Origin: Lingula anatina
Taxonomy: Eukaryota > Animalia > Brachiopoda
Length of the DNA stretch: 64,000 bases
Assembly: GCA_051362555.1 (NCBI GenBank)
Contig: CM120647.1
Span: forward strand, 1,674,001-1,738,000
Reading direction: 5' to 3'
Shown: positions 49,914-61,128 of the stretch, one piece after another
How the letters are laid out: every line of letters starts with the position of its first letter
How positions within the stretch are numbered: position 1 is the stretch's first letter
The notes under the pieces: generated by a model
Told to the model about the DNA's origin: nothing
The model's input: the letters and a program-made list of their open reading frames with translations, nothing else
The model's database searches: none
Translations under genes and position numbers: made by a program

Positions 49914-50620
49914 TCAGTATAAGTACTGATAGGTCTTAACTTCTCTGCTGCCACCAACTGGCCAGCAGGGTTGATGGCTATTGGTACTGGGGCTTCAACC
50001 CATCATTTCTAGTGGTAATGTATCTAATGAACTGTCCCTGTGGACTCAGTGCCACTATCTTGTGGTTACCATAGTCAGCAATGAAGATGTGACCATAGCT
50101 GTCTGTGCACACTCATGTGGTAACCACAGCTGACCATCACCACTGCTCTCTGTGCCATACTGGTACAGCTGACCACCAGTAGGAGACAGCATACGTACAC
50201 TTCGCCAGTCTGATATCACAATGTTACCATCCACCCTGTTCGCTGTGATGTACACTGAGTAAAAACAAATACTGAGTGGAATGGTGTTCAAGAGCAGCCC
50301 ACTAAATGTGAAAAAAGATTTCCTTATTTTGTCGCAAACTAACACATAACCTTATTTGTTCGGTGTGATACCAAATGGATCCTCAAGTTTACAGGGACCC
50401 TCCGGTGGAGTATTCTGACACATTTGTCACCCGATGATGTTATATACAGGTGACCAGTCTGTGACACAGCCACGTCTCAAATGGATAAATAAGTCTTTTT
50501 CGTCAACAGTAATCACGTGTTGCCCAGCTACCCTGTATGACCAGTCCAGTTCTAAATGTGTCAGTTTTATTATTTTGTGTTTTAGGAGTGAGGAATTCAC
50601 ACATTCTGCATTTTCTTAAA
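49914..50620 (-). pseudogene. Decayed NHL remnant, copy 4
   Basis: Near-identical to copies 2 and 3. Confidence 0.8.
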
Positions 50621-50676
50621 AGGTGGAGGATCTTGGATTTGTCCACAGGTTAGGTAGAAGTCGAGGAAGTGGTAGT

Positions 50677-52287
50677 CTAGGACCGTGGAGGCAAAGGTGG
50701 AGGTGGGGGCACATTCAGACGTGGAGATTGAGGCAGAGGTGGAGGTGGGGGCACATTCAGACGTGGAGGCTTAGGCAGAGGTGGAGGTGGGGGCACATTC
50801 AGACGTGGAGATTGAGGCAGAGGTGGAGGTACATTCAGACGTGGAGGCTTAGGCAGAGGTGGAGGTGGTGGCACATTCAGACGTGGAGACTGAGGCAGAG
50901 GTGGAGGTGGGGGCACATTCAGACGTGGAGGCTGAGGCAGAGGTGGGGGCACATTCAGACGTGGAGATTGAGGCAGAGGTGGAGGTGGGGGCACATTCAG
51001 ACGTGGAGATTGAAGCAGAGGTGGAGGTGGGGGCACATTCAGACGTGGAGATTGAGGCAGAGGTGGAGGTGGGGGCACATTCAGACGTGGAGATTGAAGC
51101 AGAGGTGGAGGTGGGGGCACATTCAGACGTGGAGACTGAGGCAGAGGTGGAGGTGGTGGCACATTCAGACGTGGAGACTGAGGCAGAGGTGGAGGTGGGG
51201 GCACATTCAGACGTGGAGATTGAGGCAGAGGTGGAGGTGGGGGCACATTCAGACGTGGAGGCTGAGGCAGAGGTGGAGGCGCAGGTACATACCGACGTGG
51301 AGGCTGAGGCAAAGGTGGGGGCGGAGGTGTTGCTGCCTGCGCGGTCACCTGCCCTAACATAGCTTCCAGTGCAGCAGCAGATATTATACCAGGGCTGTAG
51401 GATATCTGTGCTGGTGTGTCTGGAGTTGGCACTGGCATTTTCTCCATTGCTGTCAGTCTCTCGGTCAGAGCCTTAGTATGAAGCATGATGTCAGAATTAG
51501 AGCCATTTGTTACAAGTTCCTGGGCAAATCTGCAGGCACTTTGTAAGGAGGCATGATGAAGTTCGAAGGTGTCCGTGTTTGCTTCCTTCTGCTTTTTACT
51601 GATGTTACAAGCAAATTTTACTTCTGATATCAGTTTTTGCTCTGTACTTTCAACCAGTTTATGGATAAATTGAGCCTGTTCTTTAATTTTGTTGATGGTT
51701 TCTTCCGTGTTGACCTCCTCCAATTCATTGGTTCTGTCCTTGGCAACTGCTTCTTTAAACATGTCCAGTTTTGTTTCAGTTTTCATAAGGACAGCTTTAA
51801 TCTTTTCTCGATTGCTATTTGCAACATCTTCAATGGGCACAATACCATGTCTGTAATGCTCTTTTGGTATACAGTCACCACAAACAACGGTATCATCGTC
51901 TTCACAGTAGTATTTCAATTCATTTGTAGGATGCTGTTCACATTTGCTCATCATTTCTGCAGTGGCTTGCGTGACACTATGCACATCAGTATCTTTGATT
52001 GGGGATGAGACTTCATTCTGCCGTTGCTGACTGAGAAGATCTCTTGCCTTGTGAATAAGATGATTCTTTTTGAGTGCAAGTCCTTTTCTTGGAAATTGTA
52101 TCTCTTCTCTACAAAGGGGACACAAAAATGTCCTTTTCCGAGTTACAGTTCGCGTAGCATGGTTACATATACAACCATAGCAAAATGTATGGTAGCAAGG
52201 CAGCACACGGGGGTCCTCATACTCTCCCAGACAGATGCTACATGTCAAAAGATTATCTGTGAAAGCTGCTGCCAGCGCCTCGGCCAT
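50677..52287 (-). CDS. TRIM protein copy 4 (RBCC plus 15 polyproline repeats; 536 aa)
   Basis: Open ORF; RBCC translation appears identical to copy 3; two 12-aa short repeat units. Confidence 0.88.
   Translation of the reverse strand: MAEALAAAFTDNLLTCSICLGEYEDPRVLPCYHTFCYGCICNHATRTVTRKRTFLCPLCREEIQFPRKGLALKKNHLIHKARDLLSQQRQNEVSSPIKDTDVHSVTQATAEMMSKCEQHPTNELKYYCEDDDTVVCGDCIPKEHYRHGIVPIEDVANSNREKIKAVLMKTETKLDMFKEAVAKDRTNELEEVNTEETINKIKEQAQFIHKLVESTEQKLISEVKFACNISKKQKEANTDTFELHHASLQSACRFAQELVTNGSNSDIMLHTKALTERLTAMEKMPVPTPDTPAQISYSPGIISAAALEAMLGQVTAQAATPPPPPLPQPPRRYVPAPPPLPQPPRLNVPPPPPLPQSPRLNVPPPPPLPQSPRLNVPPPPPLPQSPRLNVPPPPPLLQSPRLNVPPPPPLPQSPRLNVPPPPPLLQSPRLNVPPPPPLPQSPRLNVPPPLPQPPRLNVPPPPPLPQSPRLNVPPPPPLPKPPRLNVPPPLPQSPRLNVPPPPPLPKPPRLNVPPPPPLPQSPRLNVPPPPPLPPRS
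50680..51335. repeat. Coding 42-bp minisatellite, 15 units plus partial
   Basis: Read directly; length variants differ by 6 bp. Confidence 0.95.
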
Positions 52288-53716
52288 ATTGAACTTTTTA
52301 GTGACGTCATATTTACTCCGTAACACTTGTTCCGTGGCCCTTGGCAGAGGTTCACTGATCACCTTTATATATAAGGTAAGGTACATATCACTGAGCATAA
52401 AAAGAAAACTAAACAAAACGAAATAGAACGCACTGATAAAACACACACAAAAAACTCTAACATAAAACACGTAGTCAACTTACAAACTAAATTTAACCCT
52501 TATATATTTTATATAATAGGCCCGCGCTAGAGGGAACGTGACATTTGGTCTCTTCTGTCAACACAAGTACCGTATAGCTAAAAAAAAACACGACTATTGG
52601 TACGCGTATGATCGATAACTGATTTAATTCTCGTAAGATTACCATCCGCCCCCTTCCTTATGAATAGGTATTACTTTATTAATACAATGCAACCGTCGTG
52701 TAGCCGCATGTTAGAAGACAATGTTTGATTACGCACAGCAGTAGGAGGCCGCTACCCCTTCCCAGCAAGGAGTCAACACAGCAGCGCGTAACCCGGGGTT
52801 AATTAGGGGTTATTAGCTGTCCACTTATGATCGGTATTGTTCGTCTTGATTGCAGCACACTTCCTACTCACTATTGGTTCGACCGCCTCTTCTTTAAATG
52901 CTCTCTCAAACCTTTCCTCAGTCAGCCGAGAATGGAAACACGTTTATCTGCCGATAAACTACGTCGTTGATGTATTATTCGGCATCATTCTACAGTGGGT
53001 CATAAGGCTCTATCTATCATTTTTTTCGTCTCGCATTTTACCAGATTAAGCTGACGCTCGAAAACTAAATTTAATGAATAATTTTCTCACGTGCACCGTA
53101 TCCAGCTAATTTTACGACAATAACTACCACGGCACCTCCGCCATTTGCAATTGTAGACGAACCACGTGTTTCCAACTGATAGGCCAATACAACTATGCCA
53201 GACCCATTGTACGAGAAAAGACGTTTATATTTAATGAATTAAAAAACATTTGAGGATTGCGATTTTCTATTGATATACTATCGATGGTATCCCTGTATTA
53301 AATCATCCACTGCTACCCCCTCTTTTGTAGTGTAGCATGACTCGTATCACAAGATGGCCTTAGAAATGAAGTAAGACAGGCCTACACTCTGATAGTTTTT
53401 AGTCTATTATTAACCCTAATGTCGTTGCTTGTCATTCATTCTAGAACTCTCTGAGCCATCGCAAAATTATTTGCCAGGACATTTAAAGGCTACTTCTTAA
53501 CGGATTTTTTTTTATTTGCACTGCGTCCAAAATGTTCGAGGACGTCTCTGTCGTTATCGCCGTTTCTCGGACGCAGTCCCAGACAAAGGATCGGAAAGTT
53601 TCTAAATAAAAGAACTTATAAATGCTGCCACTAGCCATCCTTATTGTTCCTAAGTAAAGAGAGGCGATAATGATCTTTTCTTTCTTCTAGCTTAGTCTGT
53701 CGACTAAAATGAACAA

Positions 53717-54780
53717 GGTTATGCCTACAATGCAACCACCTATTATTACGACCATTAATGAGGTTCTTTGCTACACTCCCTTTCTTCATGATCGCGAAAC
53801 CAGTGGGGTGCTGTGTTTTAAATATATAAAAAAGGGTCTCGCGAGGTGAAGCTATAATAATGAAATAAAAAAATCCAATGAATAGGCATATCTAATAAAC
53901 CATGAAGCACGTAGTCTAGGCCTCTTCTTTGACCGACATCACATTTTTACATTCTTTGTTTTAATAAGAGGACGAACGTGGTCTAATTTGTCTTTTGGTG
54001 GTGTGTGATTTTGCTCGAAGTAGCGGAGTCAAGTAAATCGGTGATTTACCGTTGGTAAGAGTAGCGATCATCGCTCCTGCGTCCTCATAGATTACTTTCT
54101 AATCACCCGTAATTAACGCAGTCAGGAATAAGCGCTCAAATAGGGGTTTTTGTATCAGGGAAAATTTTAGTATTAATCTTATGTTATTATGTATCTGTAT
54201 TATGTAATCATGTAACTCATTTTCCCAAGGCAACCACCAATTATGACGACCATTAATGAAGTTCTCTGCTACACTCTCTCCTCATGATCACTTGCTCGAT
54301 CGTGAAACCCTGGAGGTGTTGTAGGGCCTATATATATTTGGGGTAGTTTACTATAGCATGCTACACTCTCCTCATGATCAGCTGCTCGATCGTGAAATCT
54401 GGAGTGAAACCCATGGTTTATCTAACAATGGTTTAAATAAATAAAAAGGGTGTCACGGAGGTGAAGCTGCTTAACTCATAAGAATAACGAACGAAAAAAT
54501 ACGATGAACATTTAATAAACCACGAAGCACGTATGTTTTGACCGTTATCGCCTTTTTTACATAAGATGTCTCAACAAGAAGGCAGATGTAGTCCAATTTG
54601 TCTTTTGTTGGTGATTCTGCTTCAGGTGGCTGAGATTAGTTGATCGGTGATGCACCGTTGGTAAGAGTAGCAATCATCACTCCTGCGTTCTAACGGATTA
54701 CTTTCCAACCCCCCATAATTAACGCAGCCAGGAATAGGCGCTGAAATAGGGGGTATTAAATCAGGAATTAATTTTTGTAA
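53717..54780. repeat. Diverged ~0.5-kb tandem duplication inside the 4.9-kb element
   Basis: gcaaccacc.attat.acgaccattaatga at ~53732 and ~54230; ccgttggtaagagtagc at ~54049 and ~54655; aacgcag.caggaata at ~54115 and ~54721. Confidence 0.8.
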
Positions 54781-56724
54781 TTATGTATCCGTAAAATAAG
54801 AATCGTAACATTATCACGTATTTTTCCTGATGGAAAATATCATAATTTATGCACACTGATCGAATTATAAAGAAAATCTCCAGATGTAAACAAAGGTCAG
54901 TCAAGTATCACTCATCCCAGGCTGCAGGGCAGATATAGACAGAGAGAATTGAATGAAGCGCCAGTGATCTGGCAACCCTACAAATTTGTCATAATGATTC
55001 ATGGGCAAACAATAGAAGCATGAAATTAACACCTTTTACAGTGTGAATGACGACACCTTATGAGGCTTTTGTTTCTTCCCCTGGGTTGGTATTACAAAGT
55101 AAGTATGTTGACGTAAGTGTGTTGACTTTTGCATGTTCAAAGGAACAATGGAAATGTCATTTCAAAACAAAGAGCCACATTTCCCTACTTAGGTGGCCAA
55201 AATATTGTCAATGAAACGCAAAAAAGACAAAATCACCAGCTGTTACTGATTGAGTCTAACTCAAATGCAAAAAGGTACGCACAGCGACAAAGCGCTATTG
55301 TAAACAATGACCCGACGATGAGATCAATAAGATGTATTAAATGACTATTTGTACTACAAAACTGTACCCCTGCCCCTACTTGTATATTATTACACACACA
55401 AGGCCACCCTATACCAGAGTTACAGATTGATTTTTCAGTACACAGTCTCTTGCACTGAAGAAAAATACTCATAATTAATTTGCGGCCCTAGTAGAGGGTC
55501 TTCTCTCGCTTTCTCTCAAATCAAAATAAACTAGCAAACATGAAAATTGGCAAAATGTATTAGAATGTAGTGTTGCGAACCCTTTAAACAAGGTGAATGG
55601 TAATATGCACGTTTAGACAAATTTTAATTTTAATTTCAATTAAATTTAATTTTAATTAAAATTTATATTACCAAAATTAGTAAATGTCGTTTGCGTCATG
55701 TATCAATATTTTTGCGCATAATAGTACCTACGTTATAAACATTCAGCAAAGATATTTGGAAGGCCGCTCTTTTGTTGTTTATATCAAAGGAAAACTATCT
55801 GATACCCATCGTATCAATCATTATACCATGATAAAGCACAGGCTTCAAACAACTGCGCATGTGCGAAAAGTGCGCTGTTTGAAATAAACAAGTTGGTGAA
55901 ATTGACAAAGACCGTCTGGTTGATTTTATTTCATTACCTCTCTGGTGTCTTTTTGAAAATTTATATTAGAAATGTTCTATTGATTTTATGTTGTAAAAAG
56001 TAAATCCGTCGGAATTCCTTAGAAAAACATTTATTTTACCTTCATTTTAAGGGGATTCCCCTTGTATTTATAGTGTTATATGTGGCCCCAATGGGGATTT
56101 TCACACCTCCCCTACTCTTGATTAATAAAATTCTTCACCTGGAGGATTGTAAATTACATTGCAAAATACATTGAAAATCGTAGGAAGGTTAATTGCAGAT
56201 AATGCTGCGAGGATATTCTTAACAGTGGGGGAACTCGGCCAATATAAAATTTTTAACTTCGTTTTACGATTTTGGAGCGCCTGTTCTAATTTTTGAAAGC
56301 GAGGCAATGGAACCAAACAATGCGATACAATTTGTAATCTCGTAAAAATTGCTATTTTTATATAAAGGTTATAGCATGGAGTACATCGAAATGCGACTTG
56401 TTTATTATTATGATCTTAAATAATAATTAATATAAAACAAACGATATAATACGTTCTTAACGTTAGCCTATTTATTAGCTTAATTGATTTTTTTTCGTAT
56501 TTGGAGATTAAAAACACAAAAGTTGTCTGGTTTCATATCGAGGCACTGCGTTTCGTTCGTGTGCTCCATGATAAGAGATTAGCATACTAATTTATGTCCC
56601 CAGTAATAATAACTTTAACAATAACAACAAACCTTCCTACTGTGCTTTCCGTTGCAAAAACAATTAGCCACGACTGTTTTATATATTAATAGATATTTAT
56701 AATAATGACAATTTCAAAATCTTC

Positions 56725-56805
56725 AAAAGTACCAACAGGGACACGAACTCCCGTCGGGTAGGTTGCAGACGACTCAACGACGTTAACCGTTGTTCCACCA
56801 ATTCT
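56725..56805 (-). ncRNA. Degenerate tRNA-derived (SINE-head-like) sequence
   Basis: On -: GAATTGGTGGAACAACGGTTAACG (A-box-like)...GGGAGTTCGTGTCCC (B-box-like)...TTTT. Confidence 0.3.
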
Positions 56806-58409
56806 ATTGTTCACGCATGTAGATATCGACAGCTCTGTATTGCTGCGCATGCCGAAGCTTTGCGGAAATTGCCGAAGGCTAGGAAAATTCTTCAAAATAT
56901 ACTTTTATTACATTTAATCAAATCCAGACATCTCCCACTGCCCTGAGGTATGGCTAAAGGCTTTCAGTTGTCATCAGACTTTGTAATTTGGGAGAAAAAA
57001 GTGAAACAGTAACTTCTGGTGATGAATAATAGGTAATAGTGCTGCAAGGTGTTGTTTTTTATCCCTGATGTACGAGTAGCTTTTTCTACAGTTTCTATAA
57101 TTCTCTTAACGTATGAAAATATGCAGGTTTTCTGATATAATAAGACTTTGATAAAATCAAAACCAATAATACTTTTAAAGTCGAGAGTCGGGATAAATAT
57201 CGGCAAGGTGGAGATATGTCCCGCCGGCGCTTCCGCAACAGCAAGACTGAAGGACGCAAGTTACAAAGCAAAACATGTTTAGTCAAGTTAAAGACTTAAT
57301 TACCGGTTTAACTTCGGCGGCAGTGCCTACTGCTGTGAGCAACATGCGCTGTCCATCGTAATCCCCCTATCATTAACACTGTCGGGGACGTGCGCATTAG
57401 CGCGTCTGATGTAGACAGCGTGTGCTATTAAAGTGACCGGGGACTTATTAGCTATAGTGTACCTGTATGATACTGCGAAATCTTACTACAAAAAACAGTA
57501 CTGCGCATAGATATAAGAGAGATCGGTGATATAAATCTAAAGTATACAAATGATCTTTGCATCATATTAGGGTAGGATAAATAATAGCTTTTGTTTGGGA
57601 GTCTCTCAAGATACAGGTGATTTTAGAGGCAAAATGAGTTTAAAAGTTCATTTCTGATGAGAAATTTGAGCTAGGAGCCTTCTTTAGGTCGCTAATTTCA
57701 CTATTTTTGGAAACGTATACAAAGCATGTGTACTACATGTCTACACAAACAGTTAATGTATAGTAACTTTGTGCATGTATATACCTGTATTGAATAGGGT
57801 TGGATGAAGAACAAATCTTTGATAAGTAAGTGTTTTCTACAGCAGGAAATTATGCTAAACACACATGTGCAACTATTTTTTTCACAACAAAAATGACGAT
57901 TTTCAAAAATGGCAGACAATACGCCCTAACAAAAGTTTCAACATCGACAACTAAAGGACATGTAAAGGTTTGTAATATACATTTTCTTATGTTTTTAGGG
58001 TTGTAAAATATATTTTGCTCATGTTAACACTGCCATTGTTACATTTTAAATTGAGTTTGGTTACCTTGATGGTTGTCAACCTTGACGGAAGAGTCAGATC
58101 TCGGTTAATCAGAACGAGGAGTGATAAAAGATCGCAAGTTTTGCTGCATGTGAATTATGAGGAAGAATCAGAATTATCTTAACCTCAAGCAACCAAAGAG
58201 TGTATGTCTTTAAATTATTAAAAAAAGGAGGAGGAATATTTTTTTTGCATGAAAGAACCTGTGGAAGCAATCACTATCATGAACTGAAGACCAGCAAAGA
58301 AGTTGCCAAGGAAATGTGCAATGTCTGGATGTCCGAGAATATTTCCTCTCTTTTAGAACATTTACAACAGAATAACTGCATATTAGGGCTACATATAAAA
58401 ATATTGTGC

Positions 58410-59115
58410 AGGCGTATCGGACTTCAGTGGAAATATTTGGATGTGGGCTACCGAAAGATCCATTTGCCTAAGCGCATCACATATACCGGGTATAGTTAAT
58501 GTCAAAGCAGATTATGAAAGCAGACATTTCCACTGTGAGAAAGAGTGGATGTTGAATTGCTCTGTCTTTAACAAAGCCCTTGGATTACTACAATTTGTAC
58601 CAACCATTGATATGTTTGCCACTAGGCTTAATCATCAATTAGACAAATATGTCTCATGGAGACATGAGCCTCAATCTTTTGCTGTTGACGCTTTTTCAAT
58701 CCCATGGGGAAATTTATCAGTTTACTGTTTCCCACCTTTCAGTTTGATACCGGCAGTACTACAAAAGATGACATTAGAGCAAGTAACAGGGATAGTTGTG
58801 TTTCCCAACTGGCCGACTCAGTCGTATCACACAACAGCGCTGAACATGTTAATTGCGCCACCAATTTATGTTCCCAAGCTGAAAGACCTTCTTCAACTAC
58901 CGGGAACGAAGGAAATTCACAAAATATGGGACAAGTTAAATCTGCTCATATGCCTCTTATTAGGAGATCGTTCGAGGAGCGAAAGATTCCGCAGAATGTT
59001 GCCGAGATACTGTTATCCTCTTGGAGGCCAAGCACATCTAAGCAATATGACTGTTATCTTAAACGATGGCACGAGTACTGTAATAGACGGAAATTAATCC
59101 GTTTCATACTACCGG
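58410..59115 (+). mobile_element. DIRS copy D, same internal deletion as copy C
   Basis: Same junction at ~58429/58430. Confidence 0.88.
58441..59097 (+). CDS. Second copy of the open 218-aa DIRS methyltransferase-like ORF
   Basis: Translation identical to 47985-48641 in the ORF track. Confidence 0.5.
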   Translation: MWATERSICLSASHIPGIVNVKADYESRHFHCEKEWMLNCSVFNKALGLLQFVPTIDMFATRLNHQLDKYVSWRHEPQSFAVDAFSIPWGNLSVYCFPPFSLIPAVLQKMTLEQVTGIVVFPNWPTQSYHTTALNMLIAPPIYVPKLKDLLQLPGTKEIHKIWDKLNLLICLLLGDRSRSERFRRMLPRYCYPLGGQAHLSNMTVILNDGTSTVIDGN

Positions 59116-60365
59116 TATATAGCGTCTTTATGCCCCATTTGTTGCATTGTACCTCGATTTTAAGAACTTTTTTTGAAAAAGGAAAGATGCCAACAATACC
59201 ACAACTATAACATTTTCAAATTCATTTTTAATCTATCCATTAATTCATTAATCATTAACTATCTTTTTCTAGTTGTGAGGTGAGCTTCTAAGAAGATGTC
59301 TCAAAAACTACACTCTGCTGGGATTCTTGCTAAGTGCAATTAGTAGAATCAATTTAAGTGTCTGACATGTCTCCCCAATCCAGATACAATAACTCCCTAG
59401 CTGCCCAAGGAGGCGTATTAAAATAATTTAAATCGAAAATGATGTCAAAGACAGGAAAAAAGAGACTGAAGTGATCTATAGTTTTATTTAAATGAACACA
59501 ATATAAAAAGATAACAGCTAGTTGATTCATTGAATCGACTGTTCAATTGTTACAGTGCTAAGATGATTACAATGGTGATTGGACTTTATTTCTTTTTTTA
59601 GTTGGAGGGGGGGGTAAATGTTACTGTGGATTACTGTTAATTCGTACTTGAGTATATAATTTGCTTATATTTATTAAAGAGACATCAAATTATGTATCAT
59701 TTTCAGACTCTACGCGTCAGCAATGAAGTACATGCTGTCATCAAAAGATGCTATATTACATTGTACCCCGTGAAATATCATAAGTTTGCAATCGATAGCT
59801 CGATCTTTTCAATGGGGGCAGAAACTGTGAATTTCAAGAACAGTGTACCGATATTTTTAACTAATAATTTCTTAAAATTAGAACATTCCTATTGGATGGT
59901 AGGGAAAAAAAATAAAAAGCAGGCTACTACAGTGTATATAATTATATTCTTAGCAGTAAAAGCCATACAGAAATATAATCTTTGTGATTATAAAATAACG
60001 TATCTGCAAAATGGATAATTTTGCCCATTGAAAATATTGAGTCATAGGGTGTTTTCCCAGAGATTTAGATCGATCTAAAGATTAAGTTTTAGATCGACCT
60101 AACTCCCTGGGGGTTCAGGCTAAATTGCAGTCAGCCGAGCGGACACCATAGTTAATTTCCCCCTTACAGCTTTTAGTAGGCGGGACAGACGCTTAAGCCG
60201 GCCAAGCTGACAGTAATCTAGTGAGACTCCCCACAGGGATAGATCGATCTAAAATCTATGGAAATGGAGTGTTAAACATATGGATCAAATTTCTTCAACC
60301 TGCCATGTTACCGTACAGCTAATTATGAAGATCTGTATAACAATGTCTTTGCGTGAATAGCATAT

Positions 60366-61070
60366 TCAGTATAAGTACTGATAGGTCTTAACTTCTCTGC
60401 TGCCACCAACTGGCCAGCAGGGTTGATGGCTATTGGTACTGGGGCTTCAACCCATCATTTCTAGTGGTAATGTATCTAATGAACTGTCCCTGTGGACTCA
60501 GTGCCACTATCTTGTGGTTACCATAGTCAGCAATGAAGATGTGACCATAGCTGTCTGTGCACACTCATGTGGTAACCACAGCTGACCATCACCACTGCCC
60601 TCTGTGCCATACTGGTACAGCTGACCACCAGTAGGAGACAGCATACGTACACTTCGCCAGTCTGATATCACAATGTTACCATCCACCCTGTTCGCTGTGA
60701 TGTACACTGAGTAAAAACAAATACTGAGTGGAATGGTGTTCAAGAGCAGCCCACTAAATGTGAAAAAAGATTTCCTTATTTTGTCGCAAACCAACACATA
60801 ACCTTATTTGTTCAGTGTGATACCAAATGGATCCTCAAGTTTACCGGGACCCTCCGGTGGAGTATTCTGACACATTTGTCACCCGATGATGTTATGTACA
60901 GGTGACCAGTCTGTGACACAGCCACGTCTCAAATGGATAAATAAGTCTTTTTCGTCAACAGTAATCACGTGTTGCCCAGCTACCCTGTATGACCAGTCCA
61001 GTTCTAAATGTGTCAGTTTTATCATTTTGTGTTTTAGGAGTGAGGAATTCACACATTCTGCATTTTCTTA
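60366..61070 (-). pseudogene. Decayed NHL remnant, copy 5
   Basis: Near-identical to copies 2-4. Confidence 0.8.
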
Positions 61071-61128
61071 AAAGGTGGAGGATCTTGGATTTGTCCACAG
61101 GTTAGGTAGAAGTCGAAGAAGTGGTAGT

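Larger units (their letters stand above)
52570..57459. mobile_element. 4.9-kb non-autonomous DNA transposon inserted ~280 bp upstream of the TRIM copy 4 ATG
   Basis: The empty site caagTAcctgtatg in units 1-3 is split here: caagTA|CCGTATAGCTAA...TTAGCTATAGTG|TAcctgtatg. Short imperfect TIRs; TSD is TA (TAC or GTAC are also compatible). No transposase ORF recognised. Confidence 0.85.
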
